A stretch of DNA of 64,000 bases from Dudresnaya verticillata. Taxonomy: Eukaryota. Under the pieces are notes generated by a model. The model was not told the DNA's origin. It saw only the letters and a list, made by a program, of their open reading frames with translations, and searched no databases. The DNA lies in contig OZ374559.1 in the NCBI GenBank assembly GCA_977862235.1, positions 2,666,001 through 2,730,000 of the forward strand. Reading direction: 5' to 3'. The translations under genes and the position numbers were made by a program. How positions within the stretch are numbered: the stretch's first letter is position 1; each line of letters starts with the position of its first letter. Positions 33,608 to 43,250 of this stretch are shown here, in pieces.

Positions 33608-36600
33608 GCTCATCATCGGCGTATCTGCCGACTCGCCCAAGGTTTTCTTGGGATATCAAAAATGTTCCTTGGACAGATGGCAAAGGCAACCAAGAAGAGT
33701 ACTCACTATCTGTTTCTTTATGGAATGCTTTCCATAACAGGCTCCCAGACTCTAACTCAAACAAGATACCCACGGAACTTCGTGGTATAATGCTTCAGTC
33801 CCAGCTTTATGGAAGAGCAAAAGATCTATGCAAATCCATTCCCGATACTGAGATCCAATCTGCTACTGGCTCAGAAGCTGTGGTGAATGCTGTATACAAA
33901 CGAGATGCACTCTCGGTTGTCAGTGAAGTTTACCAAAACTTTATTGCCCTATTAAGTACCAAGCGCGGAACCACGGAGACATACAAAAACTTCGAATCAA
34001 GATTCGACGCTCAAGTTTCCAGATTCAATGCTGGCTCCAGTACAACAAAGCTCCCAGAAGCCCTTACTGCTTTTATGCTACTTGCAAATTCTGCCGTGGA
34101 TAACGGTCAAAGAGTTTCTGTTCTTGCAGCAGCTTCGAACAACACAAATATAGCTCCTACAGCTACAACTGATGATTTTCTCGATTCAGTTTCATACGAG
34201 AAAGTAGCTTCTGTTCTAAGGCAGTGTGACCAAGTCATGACTGAGAATATTCGTCCCCTGTCTGCAAATGCTGTGAACACTCAGTTCAGAAGACCGATCT
34301 TCCCAAGGAATCGCAGAAGGCTTACACCTGATCAGCTTGCAGATCTTAAAAGCCGCAGCAAATGTCGTAAGTGTCACAAATTCGGACACTGGCACTCTGA
34401 TCACACAGATGACGGTAAACTCAAGCCTGGAGTCAAGTCTACTGATAATCCTGCTCCTTCTGATGCAAAACCGAACACACAACCACCGAAGAAAACCATG
34501 ACCTTCAACATGGGTCATCTACTCGATTCCCACAATGAGATAAGCGAAGACTTTACAGGCCCCTTACTTGATGACGGTGGTCCGTACAGTGGTCTAGGGA
34601 TGTCCGAGTTTATGATACTGCAGCCCATTATCCTACCGGACTGGGAAGGCAATCTGGACCCTATACCCCAACAGCTTCAGTCTTGTGCCTTTTGGCAATA
34701 CGGTGCAGGGCAACACTCCAGTGAGGCAAGGAGAATTCTCGGATCGGTCACTTTAATGGCTCGCACTGATAAGAACAACCTGGTGTCTATCCGACACCTA
34801 ATCATTGAAGGCTCCTCGCAATGGATTATCGGCCGTAATGTCACGAAGCATTGTGACATTGTTCATGTTGGCGATAACAGGCTCGTTATGCCAACATCTG
34901 AAGATTCAATCGGTCTCCAAGACAATGGATTCCACAGTTACATACCCTATAACGTATTTCTACCGAACAGTTCCGACCTGTCATCCCGTGTCACGAACAA
35001 GTTCTATTGTGCCACTGCTCAGATCAACCAAAACCATGACACTCGTCCCTTTGGAGACATCAAGAAGATTGTTGATAAGGTCCATCAACACGTCTGTGGA
35101 CACTCTTCTTATTCTGATATCAAGATATTGCTCCAGCGAAACAAAATTTGGAATGCTGAAGTACAGAAATATTTGTCCCGTGTCCTGGATAGATGCTCAA
35201 GTTGTTTAACTACTTCTCAACCGAAAGACACCCGGAAGGTCTCACTAAGCTCCATGAGCAGGAACTTTAACGACGTTGTATGCATTGATCATTTCCACCT
35301 TGATATGAACCGCGTGTTTCATCTCATGGACTCTGCTTCAAGATATTCGACCGGCGATGTTGTAAGCACTATGACTATGACGGAAGCTATTAATTGTTTT
35401 GAATCTCTATGGATAACACCATTCTGGACCCCCAAATGTGTTCTATTTGACCAAGCGTTCAACAATACCGAGTTCATACATTATCTGAAAAGTCAAGACA
35501 TTGAAACTCGCCCTATACCTCCGCGTCGCCACAACAAAAATGTCATTGAATCTAAGCACAGAGTTATTCGAGATATCTACCTACGCCTGAAAGAAGGATG
35601 TACAAATGACTCTGCTGAGCACCAAAGACTCCTAGTGCAGCAGGCACTACGAATATCAAATGATCTGTACGGAAATGACGTATGTTCTGCTCATGAGTTG
35701 GCGAAAGGCTATACGAGACCTATAACATACGGAGAATTTCCTGCACAAGTTCCTGAAGAAATTTCCAAGGCCCACGATGACCTCATGGCTATGCGAAAAT
35801 TAACCCGCATCCTTCACTCCAAGTCAACTGCTGATATACCATTCAATGTTGGAGATACCGTACAAGTTTATATCAAAGAACAAAATGCCAAGCGCGGCAA
35901 GTGGTCATCTCCGAAGGTGATTTTATCGTTCGATAAAACGTCTGGAACCATTTCAGTTCCTGGAAAACGTGGACGCCAAGTCCAAGCAGCTGTTGAAGAT
36001 GTCCGTCCTGCCCTACCTGTGGATACACTAGGCAGTTCCATCCAAGAAGCAATTGATGCTCTCTCCAAAAGTCTGGATGACAGCATTGATGAGCTCTGTT
36101 CTAAAGAAGATGTGGCATCAAATGAAGAGCTTGAGACTACCACTATAGAGGAGGTGGGATACGAAAACGATGACGGAGATATTCTCAGCTCACACCCCGA
36201 CGTTGGTGACGTCATTGATGTATATTGGCCCCTCGACGATATGTTCTACACTGGAAAAGTGGCATCAATTAACGAAGATGACAACCAGTACAACATTGAT
36301 TACAATGATGGTGACAAAGAATGTCTCAAGTTATCGGATGAGACCTGGCGCTATAGCTCGGATGAAGCAATAGCAACCAACAACGTACAAATATCAGATC
36401 AAACGCTCACAAGTTCTCTGCAAGAGGTTCTTGGGTCGTATACTCTTGCCTTCGGTCACAAAGATTTTATGCGCTACCAGACTCAAGGGCTACCAACGTT
36501 TCCATTGTTAAATGCTTACAAAAAAGAAGAAGAGGCCTTTAAGAAAACAGTCAAGATGGTCCATGCTTCTGATATCCCAAAGCATGCAAATGTCATCACA

Positions 36601-38040
36601 AGCCATGTGATATACAAAGTTAAGAATAATGACGATGGCTCGATGAAAATGAAAGCACGCATAGCGCCACATGGTAACAAGGACAAAGAACGCTTTCAGT
36701 TGAAAACAGACTCTTCAACCTGTCCGCCAACTGGTATTCGCATTTTGCTGTCCCTCGCTGCTCAGTTCAAGTGGTTCTTGGCCAAGATCGATTTTAAGAG
36801 CGCGTTTCTGCAAACAGGAGAAGCAAAGCGAGACGTCTATGTCGTTCCGCCACGAGAAAGCGACGACAAGCAGCACTATTGGTTGTTGCTGACTGCAGCA
36901 TATGGTCTTGTGAACGCCAATGCTAAGTGGCAGGAACAAAGTGACAATTTCTTAACATCGATCGGTCTCCGCCAACTCGTTTATGTTCCACAGTTGTTTT
37001 ACAAGAAGGACGCAATTGGTTCATTGCAACTCGTTGCTGTCAAAATTGTGGACGATGTACTCTTTGCTGGTGACCAGTCAACTGTTCGGTCAACTATTGG
37101 AAAGATACAGGAGCGCTATGAGCTCGGGACAATTGTTTACGGTCCGGGCTCGTTCCTTTTCTTTGGCCTCCACATTGCTCAAGATGATGAATGCTCTATA
37201 AGGATACAAGCTGATGAAAAGTTGGAAAACTTAAACTGCTACCCCATTGATCGACAAAGAAGAAAGCAAGGAGATGAAGTTCTAAATGCTGTCGAAACTA
37301 GTTCCTTCCGATCAGTCAACAGCTCGATTGGATGGCTTGGAATTGCCGCGTCGCCATTCTGTGCCTTCTATGCCAGTCATTTACAGCAGAAGGTACCTCA
37401 AACCACTGTACACGATATGATCTCTCAAATCAACTCTTTGAGACTGCTGCAAAAACTTGGAAGTACCATCATGTACAAGCGACCAGCAGATAAGAAAGAG
37501 TACCCTCTATCCGTTCTGATGTTTGCAGACGCTAGTCGAAGTTCTGACTATGGCCAGCTTGGTTTCATATCAGGTCTACTTATCGGTGACTTCGAAATGG
37601 GTTCTATATTCCATACACTTTCATGGTGTTCACACAAGTCAAAGAGACCAGTCAAATCTATTGGAGCTGCAGAAATACTAGCGTCTGGTGAAGCAATCGA
37701 TGAAGGCAAAGTTCTGGTTAGTGCCTACAAGACGCTTCTCGACGTTGAAGTTGACCTGATGGTCGCTCTTGACTCCAAGGATTTATATGAGACTTTATCA
37801 ACCTGCCGCAACTCCATTGATCGCTCTATTCGGGCAGATGTCAGCGTCATTCGATATGAGTTTGAGACGCACAAAGTGAATCGCATCATCTGGATTCCTG
37901 GCAAGACCAACCTTGCAGATCCACTCACTAAGGCTAACAGCCCGCTTGTTCAACCCTTACAGCTGACAATGTTTTCTGGAGAGCTCAGCATGAACTTCAC
38001 AGATAATCTCTTTCGCAACTCAAACCAGTTCACTGGTTAG
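33598..38040 (+). CDS. Copia Gag-Pol polyprotein (1480 aa) with an extra Tudor-like domain
   Basis: Knuckle CRKCHKFGHWHSDH; protease LLDDGG; integrase H..H..CSSC, CIDHF, FDQ, IESKH; RT KARIAPHG, DFKSAFLQ, YGL, IVDD; RNase H FADAS, AAE, DSK, LADPLTK. Confidence 0.95.
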   Translation: MGPGSSSAYLPTRPRFSWDIKNVPWTDGKGNQEEYSLSVSLWNAFHNRLPDSNSNKIPTELRGIMLQSQLYGRAKDLCKSIPDTEIQSATGSEAVVNAVYKRDALSVVSEVYQNFIALLSTKRGTTETYKNFESRFDAQVSRFNAGSSTTKLPEALTAFMLLANSAVDNGQRVSVLAAASNNTNIAPTATTDDFLDSVSYEKVASVLRQCDQVMTENIRPLSANAVNTQFRRPIFPRNRRRLTPDQLADLKSRSKCRKCHKFGHWHSDHTDDGKLKPGVKSTDNPAPSDAKPNTQPPKKTMTFNMGHLLDSHNEISEDFTGPLLDDGGPYSGLGMSEFMILQPIILPDWEGNLDPIPQQLQSCAFWQYGAGQHSSEARRILGSVTLMARTDKNNLVSIRHLIIEGSSQWIIGRNVTKHCDIVHVGDNRLVMPTSEDSIGLQDNGFHSYIPYNVFLPNSSDLSSRVTNKFYCATAQINQNHDTRPFGDIKKIVDKVHQHVCGHSSYSDIKILLQRNKIWNAEVQKYLSRVLDRCSSCLTTSQPKDTRKVSLSSMSRNFNDVVCIDHFHLDMNRVFHLMDSASRYSTGDVVSTMTMTEAINCFESLWITPFWTPKCVLFDQAFNNTEFIHYLKSQDIETRPIPPRRHNKNVIESKHRVIRDIYLRLKEGCTNDSAEHQRLLVQQALRISNDLYGNDVCSAHELAKGYTRPITYGEFPAQVPEEISKAHDDLMAMRKLTRILHSKSTADIPFNVGDTVQVYIKEQNAKRGKWSSPKVILSFDKTSGTISVPGKRGRQVQAAVEDVRPALPVDTLGSSIQEAIDALSKSLDDSIDELCSKEDVASNEELETTTIEEVGYENDDGDILSSHPDVGDVIDVYWPLDDMFYTGKVASINEDDNQYNIDYNDGDKECLKLSDETWRYSSDEAIATNNVQISDQTLTSSLQEVLGSYTLAFGHKDFMRYQTQGLPTFPLLNAYKKEEEAFKKTVKMVHASDIPKHANVITSHVIYKVKNNDDGSMKMKARIAPHGNKDKERFQLKTDSSTCPPTGIRILLSLAAQFKWFLAKIDFKSAFLQTGEAKRDVYVVPPRESDDKQHYWLLLTAAYGLVNANAKWQEQSDNFLTSIGLRQLVYVPQLFYKKDAIGSLQLVAVKIVDDVLFAGDQSTVRSTIGKIQERYELGTIVYGPGSFLFFGLHIAQDDECSIRIQADEKLENLNCYPIDRQRRKQGDEVLNAVETSSFRSVNSSIGWLGIAASPFCAFYASHLQQKVPQTTVHDMISQINSLRLLQKLGSTIMYKRPADKKEYPLSVLMFADASRSSDYGQLGFISGLLIGDFEMGSIFHTLSWCSHKSKRPVKSIGAAEILASGEAIDEGKVLVSAYKTLLDVEVDLMVALDSKDLYETLSTCRNSIDRSIRADVSVIRYEFETHKVNRIIWIPGKTNLADPLTKANSPLVQPLQLTMFSGELSMNFTDNLFRNSNQFTG

Positions 38041-38048
38041 ACTCAGCT

Positions 38049-38064
38049 AAGAAAGCGGGAGGAG
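38049..38064 (+). promoter_or_regulatory. Polypurine tract
   Basis: AAGAAAGCGGGAGGAG lies immediately before the 3' LTR. Confidence 0.85.
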
Positions 38065-38466
38065 AATGAAAACATTAATTGTCCTACGGTCGTATGCATA
38101 CTGATTCAATCATTCTACAGTCGTATGAATACTGATGAAATGGATCTACAGTCGTATTAATACTGCAGATACTATTCTACGGTCGTATTCATGCTGACGA
38201 ACCATGTTTCTGTTTTATGTAGTTGTATTCACAATGGTTCTCAGTGAGCACTTTCTTCTAACTTTATTCAACGGTCGTTTTACGTTTTAGAGGCAGTCTT
38301 CGCCTGCCTATAAGTACCGCCTAGTTCTCTCTTGTTCTACCCTCTCAACAGGACAACATTTTATCTACACAACACAATCTGATCTACTCTGTTCTGTAAA
38401 TCTACTGTTCCTCTGATACCGCTGCTACTGCCAACTTGCTACTGATCCAAATACCATTCCTTTATT
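38065..38466 (+). repeat. 3' LTR (AAT...ATT)
   Basis: Direct repeat of 33193-33594, followed by TSD CGGAC. Confidence 0.95.
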
Positions 38467-38619
38467 CGGACCTTGGCAATTGGGAAACAATCGGAAGACG
38501 ATAAACGTGACCCTGTCCGTACGGTGAACAATGAGCAAGGATAAATGGCGGGATGCTGGGCGGCAGGATATGTGTCAAAGACGTATACCTAAAGTTGTTG
38601 AAACACAGGAGCGCACGGA

Positions 38620-38682
38620 ATGATATTAAACTTCATAGGACGGTTTTGAGTTTTTGAGCACCGGCATCGGCAACAAAGGCCT
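38620..38682 (-). mobile_element. ~63-bp retroelement 3'-end insertion; related copies at 30425-30481 and 31605-31662 (+)
   Basis: AGGCCTTTGTTGCCGATGCCGGTGC...CCTAT(A/G)AAGTTTAA(T/C)ATCA, flanked by CACGGA at 38614-38619 and 38683-38688. Confidence 0.65.
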
Positions 38683-39275
38683 CACGGAGTGCGTACTGTA
38701 CGAATTTATCATACAGTGCCGTACTCGCATCGGCAGTCCGGGGGAGCAACGTACTTACGTCAGTGGCCTTGGCGAGTGCGCCAGCGTCGATTTCACCTTA
38801 GATATAATGGTATTTTAGGATGTCAGTTGTGCCAGGGGGACTTCTCCCCTTTGCTTGGCTGCTCTGGGTGACCCTGCCTCGGGTCGGAAGAGCTAGACTC
38901 TTCATCAGTCGTCGCTCACTCGAGGACGGCGGGGAGAGAGGGCATCGATCCTCGAGGTAAGGATCGAGTCTGATTACGATACTAGAGTACCCAGATTGTT
39001 AATGTATTAGCGATAGCCCCTTGTTGCTCAGTTATCGACAGTGTCGCTATTAGGACACATTAACGGATCTAGCTTTACATACACGATAAGAAAAGGTATC
39101 TTCTTCCAAGATAATCAAGGAGACCACGACACAGACACAATTAACACCCGGTCCAACAAAAATATATTGTCGCCCCTAGGCGGCGGTGAATTGAAAACGC
39201 TCCAAACCCCTTACACAGGGCGTGGGCACTGCGCCCTCTATTATCCAGTATAGCGCCTCGTAATTACTCGGCCGC

Positions 39276-40319
39276 CTATGGCATACGAAGTTCTTGTCCA
39301 GGGTAGATAAGGTCTGGGTTTTTGATACAATCATTGATTTGGACGATTTCCATGTACCGACTTCCGCTGCCAAGCTGCGCCTGTGCAATCTTCCAAAGCG
39401 TGTCGCCAGATTTCACGGTGTAACGATGCGCACTGTCTTCAAGACTGCTTTTCGCTTTCTCATGGATCTCTTTCAATTGTTGAAGGGCGGCGTCGGTCCA
39501 ATCCAGACAACTGGAAGAAATCCACTTTTCTTCGTAGGCCTTGATGGCCTTTCGTTGCTTTTCTTTTGAGAGCCCATTGGAACGGCGGACAACACTTTCC
39601 AGTGCAGAAACGTTGTGTTCGCCGAAAGCGATGGCACCGTCCCGCCTGGCAAACTCAACAATCTCGACAATGTTATTGCCAATTTCTCTGGGGACTTCGA
39701 GGCCGGTTCGCAAGTACGGGACGTCCGCCGCGGAGAAGAATTTCTGAAACAGGAAGTTGAAGGAATCCTCTCGTTTGCGGCCGAGTATAACGGGGAGGTC
39801 AGTCTCAGCAATGCCGCTTTCTCCTGACCAAGCGTGATGGATTATGTCCGCGATGTCTCCAGAAGCTTTATGTACAGTGGTGCTTTGGGAGATGTTCTTG
39901 TCGTGCAAGATGTATTTTTCGAACAACGTTGGTTCGAGGCGTCCGACCTCGTGGCTATTCAGGATGGAGTTTTTGGGTAACAGGGCGACGAAGCGCAGCT
40001 TGACATTGGTGTCGGGGGCGACATGCAGGAAGGCGCGGAGCTCTGTGACGCGCCAGGCGCTCTTGAAGAAGTCCGGGGTGAGCAGGAACACTGCGACGCC
40101 AGTGGGACGGGTGTGTAGGACTGCGGTGAGGATTGAGACGAGCTTGCCTTGCAGAGCGGTCTCGTCGAAGAAGATTGAGGGTTCTGCGTCGGCCTCTTCG
40201 GCGTGGGCTTCGAGGACATCTTTGGTAGCGCGCGCAAGCTCGCGTGTGGTGAAGCCGGCGGGGAGGGTTTCTGAGCCGTGGAAGCTTAGGAAGACGTCGA
40301 TGCGGTGGTCTGGGCCCAT
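39276..40319 (-). CDS. TIR domain - helical (death-fold-like) region - LysM protein
   Basis: TIR motifs IDVFLSFHG, IFFDETAL and VAVFLLTPDFFKSAWRVTELRAF. C-terminal LysM YTVKSGDTLWKIA..LGSG.RY.EI...N..IKNPDLIYPGQELRMP. Intact, intronless 347-aa ORF. Confidence 0.9.
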   Translation of the reverse strand: MGPDHRIDVFLSFHGSETLPAGFTTRELARATKDVLEAHAEEADAEPSIFFDETALQGKLVSILTAVLHTRPTGVAVFLLTPDFFKSAWRVTELRAFLHVAPDTNVKLRFVALLPKNSILNSHEVGRLEPTLFEKYILHDKNISQSTTVHKASGDIADIIHHAWSGESGIAETDLPVILGRKREDSFNFLFQKFFSAADVPYLRTGLEVPREIGNNIVEIVEFARRDGAIAFGEHNVSALESVVRRSNGLSKEKQRKAIKAYEEKWISSSCLDWTDAALQQLKEIHEKAKSSLEDSAHRYTVKSGDTLWKIAQAQLGSGSRYMEIVQINDCIKNPDLIYPGQELRMP

Positions 40320-42076
40320 CGTGTGGGGGGGGGGGGGGGGGGGGGGCGGAATGGCGTTGGGGATGGGGGCGAGGTGTCGGTCGGGGGTGGGCGTTTAAGC
40401 AGAAGAGGTTGTGGGGACATGGGGGTGGAGGGTCAGGGATGAAATGGTGGGTGCACAGTTGTGCAGCAATGTAGAAGGTGATTGCGATTCGAAACGTTTA
40501 ACAAGAATGGGATTGTTCCCGAAAAGGGAAACAGCCGTCGTCATAAAATACGTCGGAGTGAGCTGTGTTGCCTTCCAACGCGGTTGGTAGCTGAGTTTAA
40601 GCCGCAATATCGATACGAACATTGTGCTGATAGTTCAAATACTGTACAGTACAGCCGCAACGGTAGCTCTGCGGGGGCCCATGATTTGGGCTTGCAGAAG
40701 CCCATTCTTGCACACGTCACGTCGGTAACCATGCACGTGGGCCCTTGCGCGCATATGCCCCATGCTGTGCTGGCCGGAGCGCAGCTTCGAAGCTCCCTCT
40801 GCTTTCGAGACTTGAACGACATGTTCGATTATTCTGCTTGAACAATAGTTTACGTTCAGACCAGCCTATCCTTGGAAAGCGATGTTGATGTTGAATTCTC
40901 TAGTGCACCTGTAGGGCTCCAGCGCGGACGACTAGGGCCCTTTCGCAAGCGTACCGCCTCGAGACATTGTAGAGAACAGGGGGTGCTGTGTTGGGACGGG
41001 GAAGGCTGCGCCTGGGAAGCAGCAGGCCCCCTTATCCAGACCTAGACGTGACAGCTGACATAGTGCCTAGCCATTTTGCTTAGTTGATGCTTTAGTCTGT
41101 ATCTAGAGTACGAGAGCACTGGTCATGAAGGATGTATGTAGTTGCTCTACGAAGACACCTCCCTCGTTCCATAACTGCCTCTATCAATCTGAATATCCCG
41201 ACGTGCTTAAATGTTGCCATGCTTAGGACACATTGACTAGATCACTACGTTGCGGTGCTCCTCAACTTTAGAAAAGCAAACTTTACCAACACTGCGTAGC
41301 AGTCAAAATTACTCTGTCAAGCACAACAATGATTATTACAACAGAAACGTTCTTGGAACAAGGGCAGCATGTTACTTGCCTATCAGCCATCGTCGCTCGC
41401 ACAAGACCACGTTAAACAAACATTAAAATCAAGCATCACATTACCCATCCATCTTGAGCACGCCCTGTGTTACAAATTCCCTTGATGGTTGGCCACTCCC
41501 GCTCTCTATCTGACACATCTTACTATTCATGTAATACGCTTCACTACAGCTTTGACACGTCAAAGTCCCTATTCCTTCCTATTAATGTTGAATGCAATGC
41601 AATGCACGGTTCCTGTTGAATCAAGGTCTCACATTCTCTCCCTTTCTTCCACGATTCTTACACGAAAGCAGGCCTTTGCAGCCCAAGCCGACGCACTCTA
41701 AATCCTGTCCTGTAAAGTTTATCATCACACGAAAGCAGTAGAACGAATACATGGGTATTTTAATTACCACGCACAAGGGATATCAGCTCAGGTCTTGGAC
41801 GCCACAGGCATTATCCTCCGCGAGGAACACAAAATTAGGAGAAGCGTGTAGCTGGACCTATAGACCATAAAAAGGTCAAGAATAACGACAAGATCAAGAA
41901 ACTCCGGACAAAACCAAGCCTCCAAGAGCAGTTGAAGCCTTTCGCTTCGTGTCCAGAACAGAATTGCGATTCCGCAACAGCTGTGCAGATGGCAGGCACG
42001 GCAGTGGGAGCCAGTTTCAGATAGCACACATCGATGAGTTTTGGAGCATCTGATGAACAGAAGCAAATTATATATA

Positions 42077-42107
<31 letters not shown>

Positions 42108-42475
42108 TGTGGTATATATATTGTCGTATATGTATATATAACGCTTGTGTTTCTGCGAATTGGCTCATCCGGCACTGCATCGAAGCCGCCAGTTCCCAAT
42201 TTTTCAAATGGTTCTCGCCGTAGGGTAGCTCTGCTTCATCAAGAGTTGTTCTATTAAAGCGACCACAGGATATTTTGAAGTATGGGCACTTGCAAACCAT
42301 ATAAAATCTGTGAAACAAATGATGTACCAGGCCGAGCAAGGTTTTCTCTTTTTCTGTTTTAGTTAAGCCCCTTTACGGGTCTGTAATATTTCATATGCAT
42401 AGAGGTGTCCCTCTCTCCTTTTCTGCATAAAGGTCTCCATCTCCTTTTCTGCATTTCCCTTGCCGGGTATATAGT

Positions 42476-42688
42476 AGAGAGAGAGGAGACCTTTATTAAA
42501 GAACAAGAGAGAAGCCCCTTAAGGGGGCTTAGGATTCAGAGCTACCATAAAGAGGCGGAGGAGCAAGCTTGCGGCGGTTGACACTCACCGCGACGCATTG
42601 GAGAACTAAAGAGAGTAAACGAGTAGTGAGGCGAAGTTTCTCCGTAGACGGAGAGGTCCCGCGCTTGCTGGCAATGAAATTAGCAATA
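42476..42688 (-). mobile_element. 5'-truncated copy (3' ~200 bp) of the two-ORF element with (TC)n tail
   Basis: Near-identical to 16856-17060. Confidence 0.9.
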
Positions 42689-42936
42689 TTAGCGACCAAA
42701 CAAGCAATTAGCGATGTTTGATTTTGTTGCGTCTATATAATAGACGCAACAAAATCAAACATCACAGCGTAGCATGATGATGGGAACCCCTGCATCTTGC
42801 AAGCCCCGCCTTCAGGCTTGCGTTGGGCATTATTCTAGACATGTAAGTGATAGTATGCATCTTTATCTACATTGTCTAGTTATATCTTAGTATGACAGAC
42901 AGAGTATCCCTTTATTCGGAAGATTTACATATATAT

Positions 42937-42939
<3 letters not shown>

Positions 42940-42977
<38 letters not shown>

Positions 42978-43250
42978 CACTTATACACGCTATGGATCGG
43001 CCCTGGGGAGGGCGCTGGCCACCAGGACACAAAAGAAGGCGGAGGGGATAAGTTGCGGCGATTCACGCTAACCGCAACACCTTGAAGGACGTGTATAGTC
43101 AGGGGCGTTTATATAGAAGGCTTATCAGTGGGAGGGGTAGTGGAGAGATCCCTCTCTTGACGGCAAAGTAGTCAGTAATATGTTGAACACCAGTGTCTAA
43201 ACCGACACCAATACGGCCATAGACATCAATAACCATGAGGTGCAGGTCCA
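42940..43250 (-). mobile_element. CRE-like 3' fragment with (GT)n tail
   Basis: Encodes LHLMVIDVYGRIGVGLDTGVQHI..FAVKRG and VAVSVNRRNL. Ends GCCCTCCCCAGGGCCGATCCAT...GGG(TG)n; the (CA)n tract is at 42940-42974. Confidence 0.75.

Larger units (their letters stand above)
33193..38466 (+). mobile_element. Full-length Ty1/Copia LTR retrotransposon
   Basis: Two 402-bp LTRs, 5-bp TSD CGGAC (33188-33192, 38467-38471), PBS, PPT and one intact gag-pol ORF in PR-IN-RT-RH order. Confidence 0.97.

Noticed and set aside
31605..38682. Apparent ~60-bp terminal inverted repeats (AGGCC...GGCCT) of a DNA transposon enclosing the Copia
   Set aside because: The right copy has its own TSD (CACGGA). A third copy at 30425 shares upstream sequence with the left copy. 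All end in the retro-type AAGTTTAA.ATCA motif, and there is no outer TSD or transposase. Dispersed retroelement 3' ends explain it better.
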